A DNA stretch of 32,000 nucleotides. Source: Candidatus Thorarchaeota archaeon (GTDB lineage: Archaea > Asgardarchaeota > Heimdallarchaeia > Hodarchaeales > Hodarchaeaceae). The DNA is taken from contig JBHLRO010000019.1 of assembly GCA_048882505.1 (NCBI GenBank), positions 30,001-62,000 of the forward strand, in the 5' to 3' direction. The notes beneath the pieces are model-generated. The model made no database searches and had not been told where the DNA came from. It worked only from the letters and a program-made list of their open reading frames with translations. A program made the position numbers and the translations under genes. Within the stretch, counting starts at the first letter, position 1, and each line of letters opens with the position of its first letter. Shown piece after piece: positions 9,214 through 18,895 of the stretch.

Positions 9214-10150
9214 TTAAGGAAAAAGCCAGGCCAATGGAGGATTTGATTTATCGTGGCTTTTTGTACAGGGAATAGAGCTATAACGCAATGATCGAATCAG
9301 TTCGAACAGCAAATCAGGTACACAAGGGTATCCAACTATGAGATGCGCCCCGTAATGCGTGAATGTTTCAATCCGTGTCTTGAAATTCCATGAAGACAGC
9401 ACGTAATGTTGAAAGCGAGAACGTAATATCCGTTGAGCCACTTGAGGTAACCTCTCCCACTCTACTGAAAGAGTACGGGGATTGATTTTTTCCTGCTTGA
9501 GTTCAAGCAAAATTGGTTTTCGTCGTAAAAGATACTTCACAACTATCCTTACGGCCTCCTCTTCAGGAAGGAGCTGGGCCATCGGCATATATACTGCATA
9601 TGGCCCCGGGAGATGGTTGGAAAGGACAGCTCGAGGATCGCCATAGAGGAGGAATGGTATTATGGAGCCGTAATGTTTGGCTACCTTACCAATAAGCTTG
9701 GATGACAGATTTTCTCCCCCGAGAAAGAGACATTCGTCGGTCAGAGCTCTCACTCTAGTAAGAATGTTATGAAATGCTTTAGCTACTGGGATTTTTGGGT
9801 CAACAGACGAGTAGTCTGGGGAACCTGCTACAATATTAAACATCAGATTGGGATATTTGTCAGCGATTCGGAGATAGTTTTCCAGTAGGAAATTTCGGTT
9901 TTTATAAAACTCTGCACTCCGAACAGACACTGTCAGCACAAGACGATTCCGAATTTGACCTAAAATAACCCCAAGCTGCTCAGGAGTCAAGAGCCATTCT
10001 TGGCCTTCATAATCAAGAAAAATAAATTGATGATATTGATCCGCATATATGATGGTTTCTAAATACTCCCGCGTTGTATGGAAATCTGAGCGTTTAAGCG
10101 CAATTCCTGTTATAGTCGGCCCACTCTTAGAGAGGAACGTGATCCCTCAT
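9214..10150 (-). CDS. Luciferase-like/DUF7388-like TIM-barrel protein; coding frame extends 52 codons upstream of track start 9990
   Basis: Motifs GIALK, LDYEG, VSVRSAEF, VAGSPDY, AVYMP, YLLRRKP and IVGYP line up in order with the haloarchaeal 'luciferase-like' family as I recall it. GIALK and LDYEG lie upstream of TTG 9990. The family name is from memory and needs an HMM check. Confidence 0.6.
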
Positions 10151-10315
10151 TTGTCTCACACCGATATGAATTGCACCCCCCCAGTTTTAAGAACCCTAAA
10201 ACAGGTTAACATTTGTAATTTGCTTTAAAAGAACTTATAACGCATATTTTCTTCATTTTCCATAATCTTTAAGGAGTTTGGAATTAGTCCGCGCTCATTG
10301 ATCTATAATACATCC

Positions 10316-11053
10316 TTAAGAATTATTTGGGGAAAAAATTTCGAATATATTTATACCTTGAAGTCCCAACAACAGCCAAATCGCATAAACCAGGCTTAAA
10401 GTTGCTATTGATAGATTTATGACCCGTGTTACCCGTTTTTGTCCGAATCTTTTTGCTGGATAGTTAACTGAGATACCATATCCGATCATTCCCATAATAA
10501 CGCCAACTGTGAAGAGTAGAACACCAAAAAGAATACCAAGAAGATCTTGTATGCCCAGAGTTAATGTAAATAGTAATAGTAGCTCATCATTGCTCGCTAT
10601 GCCATGGATGACGCCAATTCCAACCATGGTGCCGTGTTCGCGTTGTGAAGACGTTGAAAGATGAACATGCAGGTGAGTATGCTCTTTCGCGTCTGCCACA
10701 TCTGTTACACCATGCGAATGCCTATGAAAATGTATTAGATTGAATTCCCAGGCGATTGTAAACAGGGCAATGACTATAAGCATAACAGGGACAAGTAATT
10801 CTAGATTTGCGAGCATGGGGAGAAAAATACTCTCACGAAAGATAAACAAGACAATAGTTAGCACGGTAGCCGTAGCCATATGACCTAAAGCCCAAGATAC
10901 GCTCAAGGAAATCGTTTTCCTCGTTGTCTGGGAATGAGTCAAGAGGCCAGAGACCGCCACAAGATGGTCCGCATCAAAAGCATGTTTTACACCTAAAAGT
11001 ATTGCGATGACCAGTAATCCAAGTATATATGATGTATCTAACGTGCTTTCCAT
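10316..11053 (-). CDS. High-affinity nickel/cobalt transporter (NiCoT/HoxN/UreH-like)
   Basis: GVKHAFDADHL signature, His-rich loop (HFHRHSHG...EHTHLHVH), GVIHGIA second motif, multiple TM segments. Confidence 0.85.
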   Translation of the reverse strand: MESTLDTSYILGLLVIAILLGVKHAFDADHLVAVSGLLTHSQTTRKTISLSVSWALGHMATATVLTIVLFIFRESIFLPMLANLELLVPVMLIVIALFTIAWEFNLIHFHRHSHGVTDVADAKEHTHLHVHLSTSSQREHGTMVGIGVIHGIASNDELLLLFTLTLGIQDLLGILFGVLLFTVGVIMGMIGYGISVNYPAKRFGQKRVTRVINLSIATLSLVYAIWLLLGLQGINIFEIFSPNNS

Positions 11054-11175
11054 TCCTCCAGCATTTAGTTGTCTTAACTAGTCTATGCCACCTCTTATAG
11101 AAATCGATTATATATCTATTTTCGTAGATTTCGTTCTATCTTCGAACAAAATCGGACTGGCTAGTAGCCGTGAAA

Positions 11176-11865
11176 CTAGATTAACGCCTTTTGCGCGGCA
11201 ATACCAATCCAGCCAGGAACATGACGTATTTTCCGAATAACAAGATTTTCATGGTGAAACAATTTTATAAATGAACCTAGTTTGATTGGTTCCTCAAATC
11301 CAAAAATCCACTGCCCAGAATGCTCGAGATACCACCTATTGATACGATATGGGATATCTGGAGTAGGAACCCAACTTACGAGCCATCCATCTGGCTTTAC
11401 ATGCTTACTGTGGTTATGAAAAGCAATCTTTTGGATGGATGGTTTGAAATGTTCTAATAATCCATGGGAATGAACCATATCGAACCGAATGGAAAGGGAA
11501 AGATTCAGTACATCTTCTAGTATGAAATTCGCTCTAATTTGGGCATGTATAAATCGTCGTTTGGCCATTGCTAGAGCCAATGGAGAAGTATCAACCAGTG
11601 TTGGCCGTAAATTGTAACGTTTGGCCAGACGAAGAGAATTCTGCCCTGTTGACGCTCCGATTTCTAACATGCTGCCATGGGGGATTTTTAATCCCTGTAA
11701 AAGCCAACGATAGTTACGCCAGACGGTAAAAAAGTAATAGGCCCGAATTATGATCGAATTGGTTGAATGAGCATAAGTATCCCAATCAGCTGGAGGGATT
11801 GCCATTATTTTCGAAAAATTAGTTGCGATAATTAAATGGTTTCGCTCCTTAGGACATTTTACCAA
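11176..11865 (-). CDS. Class I SAM-dependent methyltransferase (start uncertain; internal ATG at MAIPP possible)
   Basis: LEIGASTG motif I, LVDTS, FDMVHSHGLLEHF. Confidence 0.85.
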   Translation of the reverse strand: MVKCPKERNHLIIATNFSKIMAIPPADWDTYAHSTNSIIIRAYYFFTVWRNYRWLLQGLKIPHGSMLEIGASTGQNSLRLAKRYNLRPTLVDTSPLALAMAKRRFIHAQIRANFILEDVLNLSLSIRFDMVHSHGLLEHFKPSIQKIAFHNHSKHVKPDGWLVSWVPTPDIPYRINRWYLEHSGQWIFGFEEPIKLGSFIKLFHHENLVIRKIRHVPGWIGIAAQKALI

Positions 11866-11976
11866 CAGTTAGGGCATCAAAAAGTATTCAAAGGCTATAA
11901 ATAACGAATTACTCCCCTTGATTGAACGGATGACCAAAGTATAGTTGTATAAATTGTGAATGCGTTGACTGTTCTC

Positions 11977-13086
11977 CTAAGGAGATTGCGAGATGCTTTG
12001 GTATGTCTGGAAGAGAGATTGGGCTAAATCTCCTGATAATAAGTTTAAATCCTCAATATCAAATCGTGAAAGAAACGAATAAATGTATTCGGGCAAATTA
12101 ACCTTTCTTAAGTCAATCTGTAGCAGATGTTGTTCAAGTTGTGGAAGAAGCGGACTCGGAATTTTCCCCAATTTATCGATGATGCGAATTTCAGTTAGAA
12201 AGGAACCTTGAATCCCGCATTGTATACGGAACAGTCCGCTCGATGTATTAAAACTCCTTTGCACAACAAATGCATCTGAATGGATCTTTACTTTCCATAT
12301 AGAAGTCTGGGTTTGCGGCGTTTTGCTGAGAGGCCATTCTGTTTTCAGGGGCGTCTTTTGTAGCTTGTACATCAAAGCAAGAGTCTCCGGATGAAGACTT
12401 TTTGGTGTCAGCTGAAGATTCAGGTGTGATTCAAAGTATTCCACGAACGTTTGTAACAGTTCATTGCGAGGGGGGACAAATCCGATTTGATTTCGGACGC
12501 TGGTAATCCCAGATTCCATTAGTCTGCGAACGGTTCCTCGAAAGTCCTCATTTGGAACTTTCAGAATCCGAGCCATTTCGTCGTATGGGAACTCTAAGAG
12601 GATATTACCAACAAGGGCTTGGGCCTCTTCGTATAGACCGGCCGCATTCCCCGAGATTTTGCGTCCATCAACTCGAATTTCGTTAGCTGGATAATAAACA
12701 GCGTTAATCCCATAATGTTGGCACGTTTGAACGGCAGGGCCAAGTAGCTTGGCATAAAAACTTTTAACATGTCGTGGTACAATGCTGGAATTGATATGAG
12801 TAATCACGTGATAAAAAAACTGATTTGAGTCCAGATAGACGGTACCACCTCCACAGGCACGCTGGTACACAGGAAGATTCTTAGATTCACAGTACTCGAT
12901 GTCCACCACTTGATCCATGATCTGGTTAAAGCCACAGGATACAAAGGGATGTTTCGGCCAATCAATGATCAAGATATCGTTTTCTTGAATTCCTCGACTC
13001 CGAGCCAAGGCCGCCGCATGCCAGATCGTTTGCGTATCAATACCGGCACATGCACCGTAAAGTATCAAATCCCACTGCGGAACCAT
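11977..13086 (-). CDS. lplA: Lipoate-protein ligase (LplA family, fused AB type); start trimmed to ATG 13086
   Basis: QRACGGGTVYLD, RKISGNA (catalytic Lys), VGNILL, C-terminal accessory domain. Confidence 0.85.
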   Translation of the reverse strand: MVPQWDLILYGACAGIDTQTIWHAAALARSRGIQENDILIIDWPKHPFVSCGFNQIMDQVVDIEYCESKNLPVYQRACGGGTVYLDSNQFFYHVITHINSSIVPRHVKSFYAKLLGPAVQTCQHYGINAVYYPANEIRVDGRKISGNAAGLYEEAQALVGNILLEFPYDEMARILKVPNEDFRGTVRRLMESGITSVRNQIGFVPPRNELLQTFVEYFESHLNLQLTPKSLHPETLALMYKLQKTPLKTEWPLSKTPQTQTSIWKVKIHSDAFVVQRSFNTSSGLFRIQCGIQGSFLTEIRIIDKLGKIPSPLLPQLEQHLLQIDLRKVNLPEYIYSFLSRFDIEDLNLLSGDLAQSLFQTYQSISQSP

Positions 13087-13108
13087 TGCTTGTGCGCAAC
13101 TCAATTAT

Positions 13109-13124
13109 CATTTAAAATATTCGG
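13109..13124. promoter_or_regulatory. Candidate bidirectional archaeal TATA/BRE element between lplA and cofD
   Basis: TTTAAAA at 13111-13117 is centred about 24 nt from the cofD ATG and about 28 nt from the lplA ATG; the minus strand reads CCGAATATTTTAAATG (BRE-like plus TATA-like). Confidence 0.5.
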
Positions 13125-13137
13125 GTTTTCGAAGAAA

Positions 13138-14064
13138 ATGACCCGTATCCTTTTTCTATCTGGAGGAACAGGAACCCCAAAACTTCTCCAAGGAGCAATC
13201 CGCGCTCTTTCCCTAAAAGACGTTGCGATAATCGGAAATACTGGCGACGATTGGAATTTTTACGGATTACATGTGTCACCTGATGTTGACAGCGTTTTGC
13301 TTACGCTAACAGATCTTATTGACACCGCAAAATGGTGGGGGATAGATGGAGACAGTTTTAACCTTATTGAATTCCTTCGTACCCGACTTCAGGAGGACGT
13401 TTGGTTCAATCTAGGTGATTTTGATGCGGGTCTCTGTTTATATCGAACCCATCTCCTTAACCAAGGAAATACCCTCACTGAGGCAACGGATATTATTCGA
13501 AAAAGACTGAAAATTGAACCCCAAATTCTGCCTATGGCCAATCAACATATCCAAACCAGAATCAATACTTCCTCTGGAATCATGCATCTACAAGAATTTT
13601 GGGTTAAACATCGGGGAAAACTAGAAGTTCAAGACGTTTTCTATGAAGGGGATTTAACGATGACCACCTCTGGGGTCATACACGCCATTGAGAGGGCAGA
13701 TATTGTTATCTTTGGTCCGGGCAATCCTGTTTCTTCCATAGGGCCAATACTCGCCATTCGCCCACTTCGAGACGCTCTTCGAAACACTTCGGCGCACAAA
13801 CTCGCAATTAGTCCTATTATAGGTGAAGATCCTGTATCAGGACCAACAGGCACCTTTTTGAACGCTTGGAACATTCCTACCTCTCCTATGGCAATAATAA
13901 CTCTCTTCGGCGATGTCTTGGACGGCATTATGATTCATACCTCTGATAAGAACCTAAGTGGACGTATTAGGCAACATAATATCACACCTATTATCGAAAA
14001 TATCCTAATACGTTCTGTTCCAGATGCGGAAAGATTAATGCAAAGAATTTTGGATTATAGGTGA
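13138..14064 (+). CDS. cofD: 2-phospho-L-lactate transferase (F420 biosynthesis); true start ATG 13138 rather than track start 12910
   Basis: LSGGTGTPKLLQG, GNTGDD, VSPDVDSV, FNLGDFD, GPGNPVSSIGPIL, SPIIG. Confidence 0.95.
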   Translation: MTRILFLSGGTGTPKLLQGAIRALSLKDVAIIGNTGDDWNFYGLHVSPDVDSVLLTLTDLIDTAKWWGIDGDSFNLIEFLRTRLQEDVWFNLGDFDAGLCLYRTHLLNQGNTLTEATDIIRKRLKIEPQILPMANQHIQTRINTSSGIMHLQEFWVKHRGKLEVQDVFYEGDLTMTTSGVIHAIERADIVIFGPGNPVSSIGPILAIRPLRDALRNTSAHKLAISPIIGEDPVSGPTGTFLNAWNIPTSPMAIITLFGDVLDGIMIHTSDKNLSGRIRQHNITPIIENILIRSVPDAERLMQRILDYR

Positions 14065-14067
14065 CAA

Positions 14068-14835
14068 ATTTTATCCAACAATCGTAGTATCCTTGCTGCC
14101 ATGGGTGGAATTACCAATCCGTCTTTTGCTTCCACTTGTTTGGAACTAGGAGCGGGAAAGGTGTCAATTGGCGGGTATCCTGTTGGGATCGAAATGGTAC
14201 GGTCGTGCCATCAAATGATTAAAAGAGGCCGAAGAGAGTTTGTCTTGCCAGTCGGAGAGGAAGCGGAAAGCATCGTTGAGAAAATTGAACCACTCCAAAG
14301 AAACATAAATCCAAATGAGCTTATAATCAATCTTCGAATAAGCAATCTGACTGATGCGCAACGCTTCGCCAGGGTGTTTTCAACGCTGATAGGCGCACGG
14401 CCCATTATTGAGGTCAACGTTCACTGTCGCCAGCCCGAAGTAACGAACACAGGGGGAGGACAGGCCCTCTTGCAGCGTAACGAAGTTCTAAGACAGATTA
14501 TTGAGACATTTCACAGAAAGGATTTTCTTGTTTCACTTAAATTTAGGGGAAACGCCGTCTCCGCTGAGAAATTTCTCCCGATGGTCAATCTATTGCCCCT
14601 TGATTTTCTTCATATTGATTCCTACCACATCGGAGAAATAGGTACTGACTTGAGTCTGTTAAGAAGCTACTCTCAAGCCACAATGATCCCTATTATTGGA
14701 AATAACTCCATTGTGGATCGTAGAAGCGCATTAGCCGCTTTAAACACAGGGGCCCGCTATTTTTCGCTAGCTAGGGCGGCCGAAAAAAACCCCGTTATAT
14801 TTCAAAGTTTGAGAAATGTATCAAGGCACGACTAA
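14068..14835 (+). CDS. MJ0144-family Dus-like flavin TIM-barrel protein; frame is open upstream of track ATG 14101
   Basis: ILAAMGGIT, IGGY, KRGRREF, EVNVHCRQPE, LHID, IIGNNSI and SLAR match the archaeal MJ0144 (nifR3-related) family. Start uncertain (ATT 14068, or GTG 14061 out of frame). Confidence 0.8.
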   Translation: MLSNNRSILAAMGGITNPSFASTCLELGAGKVSIGGYPVGIEMVRSCHQMIKRGRREFVLPVGEEAESIVEKIEPLQRNINPNELIINLRISNLTDAQRFARVFSTLIGARPIIEVNVHCRQPEVTNTGGGQALLQRNEVLRQIIETFHRKDFLVSLKFRGNAVSAEKFLPMVNLLPLDFLHIDSYHIGEIGTDLSLLRSYSQATMIPIIGNNSIVDRRSALAALNTGARYFSLARAAEKNPVIFQSLRNVSRHD

Positions 14836-15920
14836 TCATCTGCAATTCCATATACTCCGTTGAATAAATGCAGATATTGTCTATATGCAAGCACAAAACG
14901 ATCGAAAGCATATTTTTTTACTCTATTGACCACATTACTAATTTCCTGGCCTGATAATTGTTCTACTTCTATAATTTTCTCTGCATATCCATCTGGTGTC
15001 CGAGCTTTAGTTACAAAACCGTTAATCCCATCCTTTACAACTTCAGCAGCGTATCCAGCGCTCACTATTGGTGGAACACCGATAACCATTGCTTCTGCTA
15101 ATTTGATTCCTGAAGCTGTATCTGGAGTGTAAAGAAGAGCATCAAAAATAGAATAATATTTCGTTACTTCACGGAAAGGAACTCTACCGGTAAAAGTCGC
15201 CCTCTCGACGTTATATTGGGTAGCGAGATTCTTTATTTCAGGAAGGAGCACTCCATCCCCTATCATGAGAAGTGTAAGCTTTCTCTTGGTTTTCTCTTGT
15301 GCTATTCCAACAGCGTGAGGTATCAATTCTAATCCATAATGTGGAGTAAATTTGCCCAAGTACCCAACTATGAACTCATCCTCGCCAATCTTGAGTGTTT
15401 TTCGTAAATTGCCAGAGACTGTACGTTTCAAGAAGGACTGATCTGGAGATTGTCGAATAACACGTATCTTTGAGGGTGAAATTCCAAGACGGATTACGAT
15501 CTTTTTGCTCAGCTGTGTTTCCACAATCACAGAATTTGCAAGCTTTGAAAAAATCCTACAAAGCATTACTGCAACGTAAAAACGTAATCTCCTTGTCAAA
15601 TATATTCGTTGGAGCATGTCTGGGTAATAGTCTACATACTCTGCTATGACTTTTCTCTTTGACAACCTTGAAAAAACGCCAAAAACCACCAAATAGGCGT
15701 TTTCAACAAGAAGTATGTCGTATTTTTTACGCAAAAGGCGTGGTATTGTGAGGATAAATCCGATTATGTATCCCAAATAATAACCAAGAGCACGTACCGG
15801 AGATATATTGATTTCGTCATAGAAGGTGAACTCTGTGAGACGTTCTTTGATAAAATCTATACGTTGAGGAAGACGGGACGTGATATCCCAAGCAAGCACT
15901 CGAAGAGCCAAGATCTTCAA
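14832..15920 (-). CDS. Glycosyltransferase family 4 (GT-B)
   Basis: GYLGKF, LLMIGDG, FTGRVP, GIKLAEAMVIGVPPI, EVVKDGING. Confidence 0.9.
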   Translation of the reverse strand: MKILALRVLAWDITSRLPQRIDFIKERLTEFTFYDEINISPVRALGYYLGYIIGFILTIPRLLRKKYDILLVENAYLVVFGVFSRLSKRKVIAEYVDYYPDMLQRIYLTRRLRFYVAVMLCRIFSKLANSVIVETQLSKKIVIRLGISPSKIRVIRQSPDQSFLKRTVSGNLRKTLKIGEDEFIVGYLGKFTPHYGLELIPHAVGIAQEKTKRKLTLLMIGDGVLLPEIKNLATQYNVERATFTGRVPFREVTKYYSIFDALLYTPDTASGIKLAEAMVIGVPPIVSAGYAAEVVKDGINGFVTKARTPDGYAEKIIEVEQLSGQEISNVVNRVKKYAFDRFVLAYRQYLHLFNGVYGIADD

Positions 15921-16026
15921 TATTACTAACGGCCACCTTTTCTCGATCTAGATCGGTTGTTGAATTATTACGATAATACTAAGAATAATTGGGATAATGC
16001 CAATACTTCAGCTGTCACACTAATAA

Positions 16027-17133
16027 ATGTCTAAAGTCCTAGTACTGATGATTTCTGGTGTTTTAAACGAAATTAAGTTACCCCTAAAAACTCAGCATAA
16101 AAACCCCTCACTCATGAGTAAATGGACAAAAGAATATCAGAAAGACCCTAAGAGTGAAAGAACATTAGAAAAAATAAATGACATTCTTGACCCCATTGAA
16201 AGAGAATTGATATCCGAGTTCTCTGAACCTGAGAAACCTGTCACATTTATTTTTGGAGCACCAAGAAGTGCAACAACTCTATTACATCAGTTGGTGGCTA
16301 ATTCGGGATATTTTGGTTACATTTCAAATTTTTTGGCACGGTTTTGGAAAGCTCCATATTTTGGTGCACTTCAAGAACAAGTATTTGGAATTAGAACCTC
16401 CCCGCCAGTGACCTTCCAATCGGATTACGGAAGGACTTCAGGTTTGAATGAACCTCATCATTTTAGCTATTTTTGGCATCGATGGTTTCAATATGATGAT
16501 AATCATGTGATGCTAAAGGAAACAATTGATAGCATTGATACTAAATATTTTAAAAGAGAAATTGCTGCACTAGAAAGTGTTTTCAATCTTCCAATGTTAT
16601 TTAGAAACTTATATTGCAGCTTACAGATCCCTTTCCTTAGCAAAACGTTGAATAAGGCCAGATTCGTAATCTGCTTGCGAAACCCTCTGTATCAAGCACA
16701 GTCAATTCTAATAGGAAGAAAATCTGTGTTTGGAAATACTAGTGGATGGTTTTCACTCAAACCACCAGAATATTTTGAATTAATACAGAGAAATGATTAT
16801 GAACAGATCGCAGGCCAAATCTTTTATATTCTAAAAGCGATAGAAACCAGTTTAGAAGGGATTAGCAAATCGGACTATACGATAATCCAGCTTGAAAGGC
16901 TTGTTGAAAACCCAGTTAAGCAGTTGAAAAAGATCTTAAATTTAATTGGTGAGGATCAAGTTACCCCAAATATTAAAGAAAAGATCCCAGGGAGATTTAA
17001 TAACCGTAATAAGCAAGCAGTTACTAATAAAGAGTGGGAATTTCTTAAGAATTCCGTAAAAAAGTATTTTGGACAAGAAAATGAAGAAGTTCCTTTCAGG
17101 AATCATATACTTTATGATGAGAAACATCCCTGA
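16027..17133 (+). CDS. PAPS-dependent sulfotransferase
   Basis: 5'-PSB loop FIFGAPRSATTLL and 3'-PB LRNPLYQAQS. Confidence 0.88.
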   Translation: MSKVLVLMISGVLNEIKLPLKTQHKNPSLMSKWTKEYQKDPKSERTLEKINDILDPIERELISEFSEPEKPVTFIFGAPRSATTLLHQLVANSGYFGYISNFLARFWKAPYFGALQEQVFGIRTSPPVTFQSDYGRTSGLNEPHHFSYFWHRWFQYDDNHVMLKETIDSIDTKYFKREIAALESVFNLPMLFRNLYCSLQIPFLSKTLNKARFVICLRNPLYQAQSILIGRKSVFGNTSGWFSLKPPEYFELIQRNDYEQIAGQIFYILKAIETSLEGISKSDYTIIQLERLVENPVKQLKKILNLIGEDQVTPNIKEKIPGRFNNRNKQAVTNKEWEFLKNSVKKYFGQENEEVPFRNHILYDEKHP

Positions 17134-17213
17134 ATATTCAACCCCTAAATACCACCAAATGCATTATACGGGTCAATAGGACTAATTACAAACATCAACA
17201 GAGGGACATCACA

Positions 17214-17996
17214 TTGATTGACAATAGCTTCGCATCTACTGTTAAAGGTTCTATTATTGCGATCCATCAACCAAATTATTTCCCCTGGCTAGGGTATTTC
17301 AATAAAATATTCTGTAGCGATGTTTTTGTTTTTCATGATAATGTAAAGTTCACCAAACGTGGTTTTACAAAACGAACTCTCATTAGAGCACCGATTTCTA
17401 CTGAGAAGAAATATTTGACAGTTCCATTGGAGAAACACAGTGATTTTTCACTAATAAAGGATTTAAAAGTCGATAATACAAAGAATTGGCAATCAAAGCA
17501 TTTAAATCAAATCAGGGGTACCTATCATAAATCTCCTTACTTCAAGGAATATTTTTCTGAAATTTCAGATTTAATCCAAGGTTTTTGCGATGTAGAATTA
17601 TTGATTGATGTCAATGTGAATTCAATTAGGGAACTGATGGAAATGTTATCCATAAAGGTCCCTACGCCAATATCAAGTAAGCTTCCAGTGAAAGGAAAGA
17701 AATCCGAATATAATATCAATCTCGTAAAGCTTTTCCAGGGAACAATTTACCTGAGTGGAACAGGAGCACGAAAATACCAAGCAGAGGCTGAATTTGCAAA
17801 TGCAGGGATCGAATTGATATATCAAGAGGTATTCGATTTCATCGAGAAAAACCCGTATTATCAAGCACAAGGAAAATTCATCAATGGCTTGTCAGTATTG
17901 GATGCACTGTTCAATATAGGGGTAGATGGAATCATTAAAATCTTTGAAGAATATCGAAAATCGCTCTTCACATCGTTAAACACCGAAAACAGATAA
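17214..17996 (+). CDS. WbqC-like protein (putative aminoacyl/glycine transfer to sugar)
   Basis: AIHQPNYFPWLGYFNKI, LTVP, NWQSKH, YLSGTGARKY, LSVLDALFN; TTG start with GAGGG upstream. Confidence 0.92.
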   Translation: MIDNSFASTVKGSIIAIHQPNYFPWLGYFNKIFCSDVFVFHDNVKFTKRGFTKRTLIRAPISTEKKYLTVPLEKHSDFSLIKDLKVDNTKNWQSKHLNQIRGTYHKSPYFKEYFSEISDLIQGFCDVELLIDVNVNSIRELMEMLSIKVPTPISSKLPVKGKKSEYNINLVKLFQGTIYLSGTGARKYQAEAEFANAGIELIYQEVFDFIEKNPYYQAQGKFINGLSVLDALFNIGVDGIIKIFEEYRKSLFTSLNTENR

Positions 17997-18058
17997 TCTG
18001 AAAGATAGAACAAGAGGTTTTGGCAGAAATTAGAGTAATAAGCAGGTAGATCCCCAAT

Positions 18059-18895
18059 ATGTACGCGATTTTGATGTGTGCTCGTAATGAAGGAGGTATC
18101 ATTGCCAAAACATTGGATAATATCCTCAATCAGACTTTGAAACCGGACCATATTGTAGTAGTTGATGATGGTTCCAGTGACAATACTCCAGATATTCTGG
18201 AGCAATACAAGGAAAATTATGATGTCGTTGTACTAAGAAGGAAAGACAGAGGGTATTCAGCTGTATCCTCGTATGATATGGCAAACGTATACAACTTGGG
18301 ATTGCGATTTCTGAAATCGAAGAAATGGGAACATCTTTTTATTGTCCCTGCTGATATGAAACTGCCTGAAAGCTACGCTGAAAGGCTGATTAACAATATG
18401 AAAGGATATGGGGTTGCGAGCGGAGTTCCTGACAGGCCCGAATTATTAAATAATTTTAATTCTGATTTTCCAATCGGAGGAGGACGGATGATTAAAAGAG
18501 ATGTCTTTGATTATCTGAGTGGAGTCTATCCAGTTAATTATGATTACGAAAGTTCTGTAATTCATTGCGCACGATTCTTAGGATATTCAGTTGGCCATTT
18601 TAAAGATATCACTTACTCCCTTGATCGTATTCAGGGTAAGGGGCATCCAACCAAATATATAGAATGGGGTAGGGCCATGAAAGATGCCAATTATCACCCG
18701 TTATATACGCTGGGTCGAGCCCTTAAGGAAATAATTGTCAAACATAGATTGAAGAGGGGACTTCAATTTCTTATTGGTTTCCTTGCTCAACCCTCTTCTG
18801 ACTATCCGGATTATTCAATTTATTTGTATGGTCATCAAAAAAATCAGGTAATTCTAGCCATTAAAAGATTGCTAATTAAAGCCGGTTTATACTAA
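18059..18895 (+). CDS. Glycosyltransferase family 2 (GT-A)
   Basis: CARNE...QTLKPDHIVVVDDGSSDNT N-terminal GT2 core. Confidence 0.85.
   Translation: MYAILMCARNEGGIIAKTLDNILNQTLKPDHIVVVDDGSSDNTPDILEQYKENYDVVVLRRKDRGYSAVSSYDMANVYNLGLRFLKSKKWEHLFIVPADMKLPESYAERLINNMKGYGVASGVPDRPELLNNFNSDFPIGGGRMIKRDVFDYLSGVYPVNYDYESSVIHCARFLGYSVGHFKDITYSLDRIQGKGHPTKYIEWGRAMKDANYHPLYTLGRALKEIIVKHRLKRGLQFLIGFLAQPSSDYPDYSIYLYGHQKNQVILAIKRLLIKAGLY

Noticed and set aside
12910-13137. Track's 76-codon N-terminal extension of cofD overlapping lplA
   Set aside because: CofD homology starts at MTRILFLSGG (13138); the extension is antisense to lplA.
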